A DNA stretch of 59,881 nt, counting the filler, from Barthelona sp. PAP020 (taxonomy: Eukaryota), in the NCBI GenBank assembly GCA_040182905.1. It is 4 parts of 4 records of this genome, joined end to end, with 100 filler letters (N's around TTAATTAATTAA, not from the genome) between each part and the next. Parts side by side here need not be neighbours in the genome. Positions count along the whole stretch, not along the records: positions 30,086 to 44,936 come from JARQWU010000294.1; 3 more parts are not named here. One strand, given 5' to 3'. Made by a program: the position numbers and the translations under genes. The notes under the pieces are model-generated. The model ran no database searches and was not told the origin of the DNA. It saw nothing but the letters and a program-made list of their open reading frames with translations. Of the stretch, positions 32,133-41,909 are shown one piece after another (within the stretch, counting starts at the first letter, position 1; each line of letters opens with the position of its first letter).

Positions 32133-33536
32133 ATGGTTTTAGTAGAAACGTTATCAGGTATCCGTGGAGATGCTGGGATTGGTTTGACTCCAATCATTGT
32201 TGCCAAATACATCACTGTTTTTAATCATATTGTTGAAGAAGGACCTATTGTTGTTGGTCATGATGCACGTATTACACATCCATGGGTTGTTGATATTGTC
32301 ATTGCGACTTTAAGAAGTCATGGAAGAAAAGTGTATTATTTGGATGTTGCTGCAACACCAACTGTTCAATACATGGTGTTGAAATTAAATTGTTCTGCTG
32401 GTATTGTTGTTACTTCCTCTCATAATCCAATTCAATATAATGGATTAAAATTTGTTGATAAAGATGGAATGTTTTTCCGTCCTGATAAGGCAAATTCTAT
32501 GATCAAGACTGTTCATTCTGACACAGTTTATGATTTGAAGAATACTGAAATCAATTTATTAGGTGACTTAGAACGATACACTACTGCAAATACTGATCAT
32601 ATTAAAGCCATATTAGATTTACCTTATATGAATGTTGAAACTATTAGATCTAAACGATATAAAGTTGCCTTGGACACAACTTGGGGTGCTGGAGGACCAA
32701 TCATGGAAGAATTATTGACAGAATTAAATTGTGAAGTTTTTCCGATTAACACTCAACCTACAGGTCAATTTACTCATAATCCTGAACCAACACCAGTTAA
32801 TTTGCAAGAGCTTTGTGCATGTGTTAAAAAAAATCATTGTGATATTGGGATAGCTACTGATCCTGATGTTGACAGATGTGTTCTAGTAAATGAAGATGGA
32901 GAATGCTTAAGTGAGGAATATACTCTTGCGTTGGCCGTTAATTTTTTAATCAATATTCAAAATCGTAAAGGTTCTGTGTACAAGAATTTATCGACTTCTA
33001 ATTTAATAAACTATTTGTGTCAACAATATGGTTGTGAATGTTATGAAACTGCTGTTGGTGAGATCAATGTTGGTGATAGAATGGAAAAAGATTCATCTTG
33101 TATTATTGGAGGAGAAGGCAATGGTGGAGTTATGCTACCTGATGTTCATATTGGACGTGATGCTCCTGTTGCTGCATCTTTAGCACTTGCAACAATTGCT
33201 GGTTCGAATCAATCATTAAAAGATGTGCTTAAGAGTTTCCCAAAGATTAATATGAAGAAAGATAAAATGGAATATACCTTGCCAAATATGAAGCAATTGT
33301 ATACTGATTTTAAGAATGAATTTTTAACGATTTATCCCAACGCTAGCATTATTGATGCTGATGGAATTAAAGCAATTGTTGATGATTGGTGGGTTCATGT
33401 TCGTGGATCGAATACTGAGCCTATCATTAGAGTCATAGCTGAAAACTTGGGTGATAATGATCGAACTGATGAAATTATTGCTGAATCTTTTAATATTATT
33501 AAGAATGTCACTGTTTCAGATACAGAATTATCATGA
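32133..33536 (+). CDS. Alpha-D-phosphohexomutase (PMM/PGM/GlmM-like), prokaryote-type
   Basis: SGIRG, TSSHNP (phospho-Ser), DPDVDR (metal), GGEGNGG, R.SNTEPIIR. Confidence 0.93.
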   Translation: MVLVETLSGIRGDAGIGLTPIIVAKYITVFNHIVEEGPIVVGHDARITHPWVVDIVIATLRSHGRKVYYLDVAATPTVQYMVLKLNCSAGIVVTSSHNPIQYNGLKFVDKDGMFFRPDKANSMIKTVHSDTVYDLKNTEINLLGDLERYTTANTDHIKAILDLPYMNVETIRSKRYKVALDTTWGAGGPIMEELLTELNCEVFPINTQPTGQFTHNPEPTPVNLQELCACVKKNHCDIGIATDPDVDRCVLVNEDGECLSEEYTLALAVNFLINIQNRKGSVYKNLSTSNLINYLCQQYGCECYETAVGEINVGDRMEKDSSCIIGGEGNGGVMLPDVHIGRDAPVAASLALATIAGSNQSLKDVLKSFPKINMKKDKMEYTLPNMKQLYTDFKNEFLTIYPNASIIDADGIKAIVDDWWVHVRGSNTEPIIRVIAENLGDNDRTDEIIAESFNIIKNVTVSDTELS

Positions 33537-33628
33537 AACCCATAGAATTTATGACATTTCATTTTTTTTTTTAACATTAGTATAAAAACAAAGATTTTTT
33601 AATTTTTTAAGATTCCATTTACAACTAG

Positions 33629-34771
33629 TTAAAAAAAGTTTTTGATTGAAGTTTGTGAAACAGACTTTATATTACCCTTTTTCTTTGAAATAGGAGGTTT
33701 AATAATTTTGGCTTTTTTAAAATTTGTGTTTTGAAAAGTTGTTTGTGTAGTTCTATTTATTGGTTTTTTGCTTGGACTATTATATGAATATGATGAATAT
33801 GAATTGAAAGAATGATTTGAATGATAAGAATGTGTATCATCTGAAACTTCAAAAGTTGGTGAATTTTTGAAAGTAGGCATTGATCTCCGATTTAAATCAT
33901 TGATTAAGGAATTTCCCCTGTTTAAAACATCAGTATTGCTGAAAAGATTTTTCAATCTTTCTAATTCTGATGACATTTTAACTGGTGATGTGGAACTTTG
34001 TTGATTTATTGAATTTTTATAATTTTCTTCCTTTTCAATCAATGATTTGTATTTTTCAACTTCTTTTTTCAATTTTAAATTTATACTTTCAATTTCATCA
34101 ATAGAAAGCATCATTTTATCACATTCTCCTGTTATATTCGATTTTACTTGATATGCATCCATAAGTCGAATTTTTAAATTAGAAATGGTTTGGATCTTAA
34201 GTTTACAATCATTTATTCTACTTTCATGATTGTTGTCATGTAAACTTATTACATTTTCATCAAGAATTATATCATCCAAAGGTAAAACGTCACCAATTAT
34301 AGTCTTAATCGACTTTTTATAGAATATCACTTTTTTTTTAATTTCTTCAATTTCATCAAGATTTGAAAAATGTTCAACTTTCAAACTTTCTAACCCTTTT
34401 TCAATTTTATTTTGATTGGAAGAATATTCATCAATTTTATTAACATGATTATCATTGATTTCCTTCAAAACTTCAATTTCTTTTCTAATTTTTTGTTCTT
34501 CTAAAAAAACTTTTTGTAAATTATCTTTTATATTTTCAATTTCATCAATTGTTTCAGTTTTATCAAGATATCTTTCAGATAAGCCTCCTTTCAACTTAAC
34601 ACTATCAACAATATCAATTTGACACATTGGACAATTATAATTCTTATAATTTAAATAACTTAAATAACATAAATCGTGCATACAATGACCACATGGTGAA
34701 AATGCAACAATATCAAGTTCTGACATGTCTAATTCTGTTCTACAGATTGCACATACTTTCCCAGCACTCAT
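33629..34771 (-). CDS. N-terminal RING finger + coiled-coil protein (TRAIP-like architecture)
   Basis: CAIC...PCGHCMHDLC...CPMC followed by coiled coil and basic tail ending QTSIKNFF (PIP-box-like). Confidence 0.8.
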   Translation of the reverse strand: MSAGKVCAICRTELDMSELDIVAFSPCGHCMHDLCYLSYLNYKNYNCPMCQIDIVDSVKLKGGLSERYLDKTETIDEIENIKDNLQKVFLEEQKIRKEIEVLKEINDNHVNKIDEYSSNQNKIEKGLESLKVEHFSNLDEIEEIKKKVIFYKKSIKTIIGDVLPLDDIILDENVISLHDNNHESRINDCKLKIQTISNLKIRLMDAYQVKSNITGECDKMMLSIDEIESINLKLKKEVEKYKSLIEKEENYKNSINQQSSTSPVKMSSELERLKNLFSNTDVLNRGNSLINDLNRRSMPTFKNSPTFEVSDDTHSYHSNHSFNSYSSYSYNSPSKKPINRTTQTTFQNTNFKKAKIIKPPISKKKGNIKSVSQTSIKNFF

Positions 34772-34966
34772 CAAACTAAATCATTGGAATTGTAATTACA
34801 AAAAGTACAAATGATGTGGAAGAACTATTGTTTTTTAATAAAAAGATGATCAATAATAATGTTTTTATAAACAAGTGCATTATTTTGAAGAATTGAAATT
34901 TTTTTTTGGGATTGAACAACAAGAATGCAATCAACAAATTTTTTTTTATTAATCAAAAAATAGAAT

Positions 34967-37237
34967 ATGATCAATGTTAATATGACTTCTATTTTTGAAG
35001 CATTACATTTAAATGATTGTGAAGAAGATAATAGTGTTTTTTTGAGGTTATTTAAAGATGTTGGATGTGAAGCTGTAAAAATTTGGTTCACTATGGATTT
35101 ACTTGAGGAAGTTTATAAAAAGTTTCCAAATAATTTTGAAGTATTCATATTAAGCAGTTGTACTCAAATTGAAGAATGTTTAACATCTGAGAATTCCATT
35201 CCTTATGATATTTTTATTACATATAACATAATAATAAGTCAAGTTATTAGTTATACTATGTTGGAAGGAAAGGAAGAATTATTTTCTTCAGTATTTTGGA
35301 AAAAATACAAAGACTTAGATATTTATACATATGAATATGTTGTGAATCAAATCATGTTGCTAGCATTTTTGCCCAATATTACTTATCGCACTAGAATTTC
35401 TTCTCCAACACCAATTTTTGATGAGATGATTTGGGAAGAAGGTATCATTATTTATCGCAGGCCAAAAGTTGACAGAAGAGAATTAGTTTGTCGAAGATGG
35501 ATATTAAGAACAATTGCTACAATGTTAGGCATAGATATCTATCGTTCTCCACAAAATTGTTTTGGAAAGAATAATGTCTTTTTGGAATGTTTTTTGAACA
35601 GAAATTTGTTAAATTTAGCTGGATTTTTCACAAGTATTGTGAATAGTGGTTTAGGATATGAGATGAGAACTTCTAAAATTCCATATTTAAGTTCTTTAAA
35701 TCAAAGTTATCCAATTGAAGTTTCTTGTCATTGTATTCAAATATTTTGTTTAATTTGTTTACAGTCAAAGACAAAAGAAGAGAATGTATGGTTAGATTTG
35801 GTATCAAAGATTTCTGCCAAGAAAGATTTGGAATTTTTGTTAGAAGGCTTTATTTCGATGATTTTTAATCCAATAAAGGCTGCACGGACGTTTTTACCCG
35901 ATTCCAAGAAATCAATAACGTATATTTTTGAAATATTAACCATTTTTGAAATATTTGTCAAGAATAATGAACATTTCAAAACTTTTATTTTAGAATCTTC
36001 TTCAAAAAATCAATTATTTGATCTTTTAATCGGTACTATTATTCACATGATTGAATATTCCGAAAAGTATGATAATGCTCAAATAATATTGGTTGGTGGA
36101 AGAATTTTATTGGAATTGAGTGAAATACGTGAATTTTGTTTACGTTTGAATGAAAATATTAGTTCAAAACAAAAAAAATACATGGTTATCAAGAGTAAAA
36201 CTTTTTCAAACTTTTTGATTCTGGCATTATTCAAGATTATCAACAATTTATTCAAGACCAACAGTGCTGTATTACCATTATTATTTATGACAGTTCATAA
36301 TATTTCTTTTTTTATCGAAAACATTAGTTCTCAAGCTTCCTTACAGTTATTAGAATTCGTAAAATTCATAGCAACACCTAGATTTCTGTTTAGTGAGGAT
36401 AAAAATGCTAGATTGTTGAAGATTGTGTTGAATACACTTAGTACCATTATAGAATATAGTTATAGCAAGAATCCATATTTAATTTATGTTTTGTTATCTG
36501 AAAGGGAAGATCTGTTGAAGATTTTGTCATTCCCTGTTGATCGTAATGATTTGGCGGTGAAATTGAACAGAAATGTGGAAGAATTAACTGCGTATTCTGA
36601 TGAATTTATTGCAGATCTGAATTCTTTAAACGAATCTTCAAAAACTATTCTTTGTTTGATTAAAGGTGTGTATCCCTTAATTTCTAAACAATTTTCCAAT
36701 CAATATGTTTCATCAAAGAAGCTTTTCAAATTTTTACAGGATTTAAACTTAGTTGGAGTGATTCCTAGTCCAAGACCATATATCATTAACTCAATTCATG
36801 ACACAGAACAAACCATAGGATATCTGTATGATTCTGTGTTATACAATCTGCTGTGTTATTATACAGATCCTAGATTGTTCAATTCTCGTTTTGTCAAGCG
36901 TTATAAATTCTTAAAGACCAAAAATACAAAACCTTCAGTCAATGATGATGAAAATTTTGATTTATCTACAAAAGGAAATATGAAAAAAGAAAAGTTTCTC
37001 AATTCAAAGGAATTGATTGATGAAAAAAATGATGCAGAAATTGAACCGGAAGCTTTTGATTCTGTTGGTTATCAGAGTGATATTCCCAATGAAGCAGATT
37101 TACAAGAAATTTCAAAGGAATTGAGAACATTATCTGCAGCTCATCTTAACATCAACATATCTGATGATGAAGAAAATCCGGAAGAAAATAATAGAGGAAC
37201 TGAAAAAGAGATTGAAGAACAAACTCAACAGGAGTAA
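34967..37237 (+). CDS. HID1: HID1/Ecm30 family Golgi protein
   Basis: F.TS..N....Y...IPY, TFLP.S.K.I, LL.LS..R.F..RLN, TPRFLFS...N..L, IIEY....N..LIY. Confidence 0.8.
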   Translation: MINVNMTSIFEALHLNDCEEDNSVFLRLFKDVGCEAVKIWFTMDLLEEVYKKFPNNFEVFILSSCTQIEECLTSENSIPYDIFITYNIIISQVISYTMLEGKEELFSSVFWKKYKDLDIYTYEYVVNQIMLLAFLPNITYRTRISSPTPIFDEMIWEEGIIIYRRPKVDRRELVCRRWILRTIATMLGIDIYRSPQNCFGKNNVFLECFLNRNLLNLAGFFTSIVNSGLGYEMRTSKIPYLSSLNQSYPIEVSCHCIQIFCLICLQSKTKEENVWLDLVSKISAKKDLEFLLEGFISMIFNPIKAARTFLPDSKKSITYIFEILTIFEIFVKNNEHFKTFILESSSKNQLFDLLIGTIIHMIEYSEKYDNAQIILVGGRILLELSEIREFCLRLNENISSKQKKYMVIKSKTFSNFLILALFKIINNLFKTNSAVLPLLFMTVHNISFFIENISSQASLQLLEFVKFIATPRFLFSEDKNARLLKIVLNTLSTIIEYSYSKNPYLIYVLLSEREDLLKILSFPVDRNDLAVKLNRNVEELTAYSDEFIADLNSLNESSKTILCLIKGVYPLISKQFSNQYVSSKKLFKFLQDLNLVGVIPSPRPYIINSIHDTEQTIGYLYDSVLYNLLCYYTDPRLFNSRFVKRYKFLKTKNTKPSVNDDENFDLSTKGNMKKEKFLNSKELIDEKNDAEIEPEAFDSVGYQSDIPNEADLQEISKELRTLSAAHLNINISDDEENPEENNRGTEKEIEEQTQQE

Positions 37238-37563
37238 AAAAAAAAAAATAATACAAAAAATGAATTGTTGATGAAGCAACTTCAAATAAGTTCGTTATAC
37301 ACATCAAATCTTTTTTTCTTGGTGACTCTTCATCATTCATTATTTTCGTCAAAAGTATTTTCAAAAAGTGTGTAAATTATTGTTATCATTTTTATTGTTA
37401 AGTGTCTTTAATCAAATAAAAGTCAAATTAACCTTTCATGTTCAGTAAAGAAAAAGAAGAATTCATTAAAAGAATTGAACACTCCAAAAATGTTTTAAAA
37501 CACATATTTAAATGATTAACAATAAATTGAAAAAAAAAAGGTGGATATTTTATTCTGTCAAAA

Positions 37564-38268
37564 TTAAATAATTCGATGTTTTTGTTCAAACGCATTGGTA
37601 ATACGGTTGCATACATAGTAAGCCGCTAATGGATATTCACTAATGGAAATGTAATTGTTTTGAGGAACATAATCCACATTTACATGTCCTTTAGCCATTG
37701 CACCAACAACAAAAACAACAGGTCTATCATCAGGTAAAGATAAAGCGTAATCTCTCACATTTTGAGGCTTATCTGGTGCTGTAAAACTTAGAGCAACCCT
37801 ATGAGAATTTGGAGGTAAATGTTCATTAACATTACTTTTGACTAATTTTAAAAGAACATCCTGACCATCTGTAGATGAAACTCTTTGTTTATTTAATAAA
37901 TGAACCATAAGTGATGCAAAACGTGGATAAGTTCTTGGAATTCTAAGTTTCGGATTGACATAAATAAATGCATTGTTTTGAGTGTGAATATATATTCTAA
38001 GAAAACCAGCTTTATTCAATGGAGAATCCAATAAGGCCTTTAGACTACTATGTAAAATATCTGGTCTGTATTCTTCAGGATCTTTTTGTAAAATTCTTCT
38101 AATATAACTATCATGTGATCCTTTAGCTAATAATTGGTATCTTTCATCAACTTTTGCACTTTCAATTGGCGCATTTTCCAATACAATATATACTGTTCTG
38201 GGGTCGACATTTTGATCATAACCATCTCTTTTCGAAATTTGAGGTTGATAACTTGTTGGTAACCCCAT
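37564..38268 (-). CDS. EMG1: 18S rRNA pseudouridine methyltransferase Nep1
   Basis: RPDILH..L..LLDSPLNKAG.L.IYIHT, RIPRTY.RF..LM..LL, VVGAMAKG, ISISEYPL.A. Confidence 0.97.
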   Translation of the reverse strand: MGLPTSYQPQISKRDGYDQNVDPRTVYIVLENAPIESAKVDERYQLLAKGSHDSYIRRILQKDPEEYRPDILHSSLKALLDSPLNKAGFLRIYIHTQNNAFIYVNPKLRIPRTYPRFASLMVHLLNKQRVSSTDGQDVLLKLVKSNVNEHLPPNSHRVALSFTAPDKPQNVRDYALSLPDDRPVVFVVGAMAKGHVNVDYVPQNNYISISEYPLAAYYVCNRITNAFEQKHRII

Positions 38269-38328
38269 GTATTTTTAACAAAAAATAATGAAAAAAAAAT
38301 CAATATTTTTTCTTTTTACAAACATAAC

Positions 38329-39324
38329 ATGTTCAGTGATTACACTTTAAAAGATTGTTATAATGAATTGTTATCACATCGTGGTCACAGGAGTTTGGAT
38401 GAAATTATGAGCTATCAAATGTCTAGAAATTTATTATCTCAACGAAACAAGAATCAATTAAAAATTCAACATGCAATCTTCAGAGAACGAGCAAAAAATA
38501 ATGTGAAAAAGGAATTGGATGAATATTCAAATAAGGATCGACAAAAACAAGAATTGTCTGCACTTGCTGAAAAGAAACGGCAGAAACAAGCTGAAATTGA
38601 TGAAGAAAAGCGCAAATTGGTTGAATTAAAAAAACAAAAAAGTATTTTACTCAATCCAGAAACAACAACCAATTATAATCAACAACAACAACAACAACAA
38701 CAACAGCCACAACAATCAATTCATCAAATTCAACAACCCATGAATAATCAATCTCTAATGAATCAACCACCATCAATGAATCAAATGCCTCCTCAAAATC
38801 AAGGGGAAATGCCAAACTATCAGTATAATGACATGCCTCCATCACCTTTTCAACAAAGAAAACCTTATCAACACTCTCCCAGGCAATTTAACCGATCTCA
38901 AATCATGGGGTATAGAGGTGCACCTTTTCAACAACAATATCAACAACCACAACAACAACCACAACAACAACAACAACAACAACAACAGCCACAACAAAGT
39001 CCAAGACATCATCAAAAGTCATTTGGACCAAGATATCATCAGAATCAATATCAACCACAACATCAAAATCAATATCAACAGCAACACCAATCATACAATC
39101 GTCCCTATTATCCAAATCGTTCTGTTTCTCCTCACACTCCACATACCCCACATACCCCACATACTCCTCACACCCCACATACCCCACATACCCCTCATAC
39201 ACCCAGATCGAACAGACCCCCTTCTGGACATTACCAACAACATAATTTACATAAACCACAAAGTCATAAACAATTTGATAAAAGAATGGGTCAAAATCAA
39301 CCTTATAGAAAAGAACCAAAGTGA
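38329..39324 (+). CDS. Hypothetical coiled-coil + Q/P/H-rich low-complexity protein
   Basis: 331-aa ORF; polyQ (caa)n tracts and (PHT)8. Confidence 0.8.
   Translation: MFSDYTLKDCYNELLSHRGHRSLDEIMSYQMSRNLLSQRNKNQLKIQHAIFRERAKNNVKKELDEYSNKDRQKQELSALAEKKRQKQAEIDEEKRKLVELKKQKSILLNPETTTNYNQQQQQQQQQPQQSIHQIQQPMNNQSLMNQPPSMNQMPPQNQGEMPNYQYNDMPPSPFQQRKPYQHSPRQFNRSQIMGYRGAPFQQQYQQPQQQPQQQQQQQQQPQQSPRHHQKSFGPRYHQNQYQPQHQNQYQQQHQSYNRPYYPNRSVSPHTPHTPHTPHTPHTPHTPHTPHTPRSNRPPSGHYQQHNLHKPQSHKQFDKRMGQNQPYRKEPK
39130..39204 (+). repeat. 9-bp coding tandem repeat, (Pro-His-Thr)x8
   Basis: cct cac act / cca cat acc ... with synonymous variation. Confidence 0.9.
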
Positions 39325-39595
39325 TTTTTATTGAAAGAAGCAGTTCATTAAAAAGAAATTTTTTTTGAACATGATATTTTTATAGTTTTTGTAAAAAAGG
39401 AATGGTTTTGTTTTTTCAAATGTTCAAATGCTCGATTTTTTATTAAGATTTTCCAATATTTTGTTTCTTGATTTAAAAATTTGAAAATATTATCCTTTTA
39501 TTTTTATTGTGCTCAAATCCATCAAATTTAAGTGAAAATACATGGAAAAAAACAAAAAAAAAAACAATTCAATTTTTTTTTTTTACAAACCAACT

Positions 39596-39929
39596 ATGCA
39601 CTTCCCCAACAAGGAAAGATTCAAACTAATTGATGTTTTTATATTGTTAAATATTGTATTATGTGCTGTCCAATTTTGTTATCGATTATTGGTGGGTGAT
39701 TTTCCTAAAAATGCTTTTCTTGCCGGAATATTTGGTTCTTTAGGTTCAGCTATCCTTTTAAGTACATCATTTTTTTTTTGGAATTTTCTAACTTTTAGTT
39801 AATCTTAGATTACAAACTTCCTCAAAATCTAAAGGAGATTTCCCCCAAAAGAACCCTGTTGTGTGTTTTATTGATTATGTTTTCTGTCAAATACTTCTTT
39901 ACACTGTTGTTGCTGTTTTCTTTGGATAG
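39596..39929 (+). CDS. DAD1: Oligosaccharyltransferase subunit DAD1/OST2, 98 aa, one 37-nt intron (39762-39798)
   Basis: KLIDVF...QF.Y.LLVG.FP.NAFLAG; splicing GTACAT..TTCTAACTTTTAG gives ...LLINLRLQ...F.DYVFC..LL...V..FFG*. Confidence 0.92.
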
Positions 39930-40053
39930 TTTTCTTGTATGTCTCAATTTCAATGAAAAAATTGATAATTTCAAATAAATAGGTAAACAATAAATTTTTG
40001 AACAATGCATTTACTTTCATTCCGCAAAAAAAGCATGATATATCAAATTAGGC

Positions 40054-40593
40054 TTATTCTTGAACATCTTGAGTGGTGAATTTATTCTTATCAATGGCTT
40101 GAGTCTTACGTTCAATGAGAGCTTGACGAGCCTTGGACATTTTTAATTCAGTAATTTCAACATTGGAAGGGTGAACGGGAACAAAGATAGGAACACGACG
40201 ACGGTTCATTCTGGGTTCACCATTGCTATCCATTTGTTGAAGACCTTCGACTTGAAGAGAATAACGCTTACGATAAACCTTTAAAACTTTTCCTTCTTTA
40301 TCACTGTTAAATCCAGTTGTAAGTCTGACGGCATCACCAACACGAATGGGAAGAGAACGAATCTAATTATGTTAGAATATCATAAAAATCGAAAGAATAA
40401 TAATAAAAAAACTGATCAACATTAACATACGCCATACTTTTCACGAAGAGACTTACTAAGGGGAGCAGTCATAATAATTCTACGTTCGGTAGAATTGGCA
40501 TTAAAATGGGCTTTGTGAGCCTTACGAGCGGAGCTACTAACGTCTAATATTAGAAATATATGAAATAAAATAAATACTCTTGCTGAATTTCAT
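40054..40593 (-). CDS. RPL26: 60S ribosomal protein L26 (uL24), 145 aa, introns 40544-40577 (34 nt) and 40363-40430 (68 nt)
   Basis: Spliced [47 protein letters not shown]...VYRKR...[12 protein letters not shown]; not in ORF track. Confidence 0.95.
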
Positions 40594-40668
40594 TGTAAAA
40601 TGCAATATAAAAAGAAGAAAAAAATAAAATTTTGGAAATTTTTTTTGGAACACTTTTTTCCGATAAAT

Positions 40669-41724
40669 ATGCTTTCACACTTTATTGAAGATCTCAATTC
40701 ATCATCTTTAAAGGAAGAAACACTTATTGAAAAATATTTAAAAAAGTTTCAGTATGAAACTTTCAATAGTGAGTTATGTAATATTATTGGTGAACAATTA
40801 TATGATCCTTCACAATTTCCATATAGAATTTCATTATTTTTAAGACTTTTTTATTTGAAGAATCCAAATATTTTTTCTGATTTGATTAATTTCACAGTAG
40901 AAACTTTTGAAGATGATATTTTATCCACATGTGTTGTGTTTGATGCTTTGAATATATTTTTTAAAGAAAATGAGAGTTTAAATCCGTTGCTTATTCCCAA
41001 CATATTGGGTTTTTTGAACAACAGTTTAAAAAATCCTTTTTTCATTGCTTCAAGTGTTGAATTTATTGGGACTATAATTCGAAATAATGGAGATGCTTTG
41101 CAAAATAGTGATATCTTCAATCAATATATTGAAACATGTATTTTTACGATCAATCATAAAAATTCAGAAGTTAACATTTGTATTAAATCAATTGGGGCTT
41201 GTTTGGAAACCTTAAAAGGATATAAATTCATTGAAAAGTACTATGAGTCAATTTTTGAGATATTTGTTAAATTACCATTCATTAAAGTTAAAGAAATTGC
41301 TAAAACGGCAACTGTTTGCGTTGCAAATTCAATATCACATTTAGGGGCGTTGATATTTGAAAAATTTTCGTTTCACAATCCAAATTGGTTGAAAGCAATT
41401 GTGGATATTGTGCAAACACCTATAACAGAGGATAAACTTCCATATATGTATTTGTTACTTAAGCTCTCTTTTGATGTTAATAATGTTAAAAGAATTGTGA
41501 ATGAGCCTTATATCAATGCATGGATACAAAATAGCTTTTCTGAACAGACTAAAAAAGGAAAAGAAATGAAATTTAGCATTGTTGAACAATTTTATAATAT
41601 CAGTAAGGAATATCCTGATGAATTTGACACAAAAACCAAAGTATTGTTAGCTAAACTGATTAGATTTGGACCTTTTGGTGCAGAAAGAATTTCTGTTCCT
41701 GATGTTGATAAAGATGTTATGTAA
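40669..41724 (+). CDS. ARM/HEAT protein, possibly proteasome assembly chaperone PSMD5/Hsm3-like
   Basis: Helical-repeat composition; C-terminal E..K.GKEMKF.IV...L.....GPF resembles PSMD5; start set at ATG 40669. Confidence 0.5.
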   Translation: MLSHFIEDLNSSSLKEETLIEKYLKKFQYETFNSELCNIIGEQLYDPSQFPYRISLFLRLFYLKNPNIFSDLINFTVETFEDDILSTCVVFDALNIFFKENESLNPLLIPNILGFLNNSLKNPFFIASSVEFIGTIIRNNGDALQNSDIFNQYIETCIFTINHKNSEVNICIKSIGACLETLKGYKFIEKYYESIFEIFVKLPFIKVKEIAKTATVCVANSISHLGALIFEKFSFHNPNWLKAIVDIVQTPITEDKLPYMYLLLKLSFDVNNVKRIVNEPYINAWIQNSFSEQTKKGKEMKFSIVEQFYNISKEYPDEFDTKTKVLLAKLIRFGPFGAERISVPDVDKDVM

Positions 41725-41909
41725 ATGAAAGAATGATTTTTTTTAACAAAAATAATAAACTTTGAAAATGATATTGTCAGTTATTTTAAAAAAATGTTTA
41801 TTTGAGGCAAATTTTCAGTGAAGAAAAAGAAAAATTTGTTTTTTAAAAAAAGGAAAAGAAGTAATTTTACATTTTACAAAGGAATTATGACACTATAACC
41901 ACAGGAAAT

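Noticed and set aside
38828..39334. Poly-N and poly-V ORFs
   Set aside because: Alternative readings of the (caa)n polyQ tract
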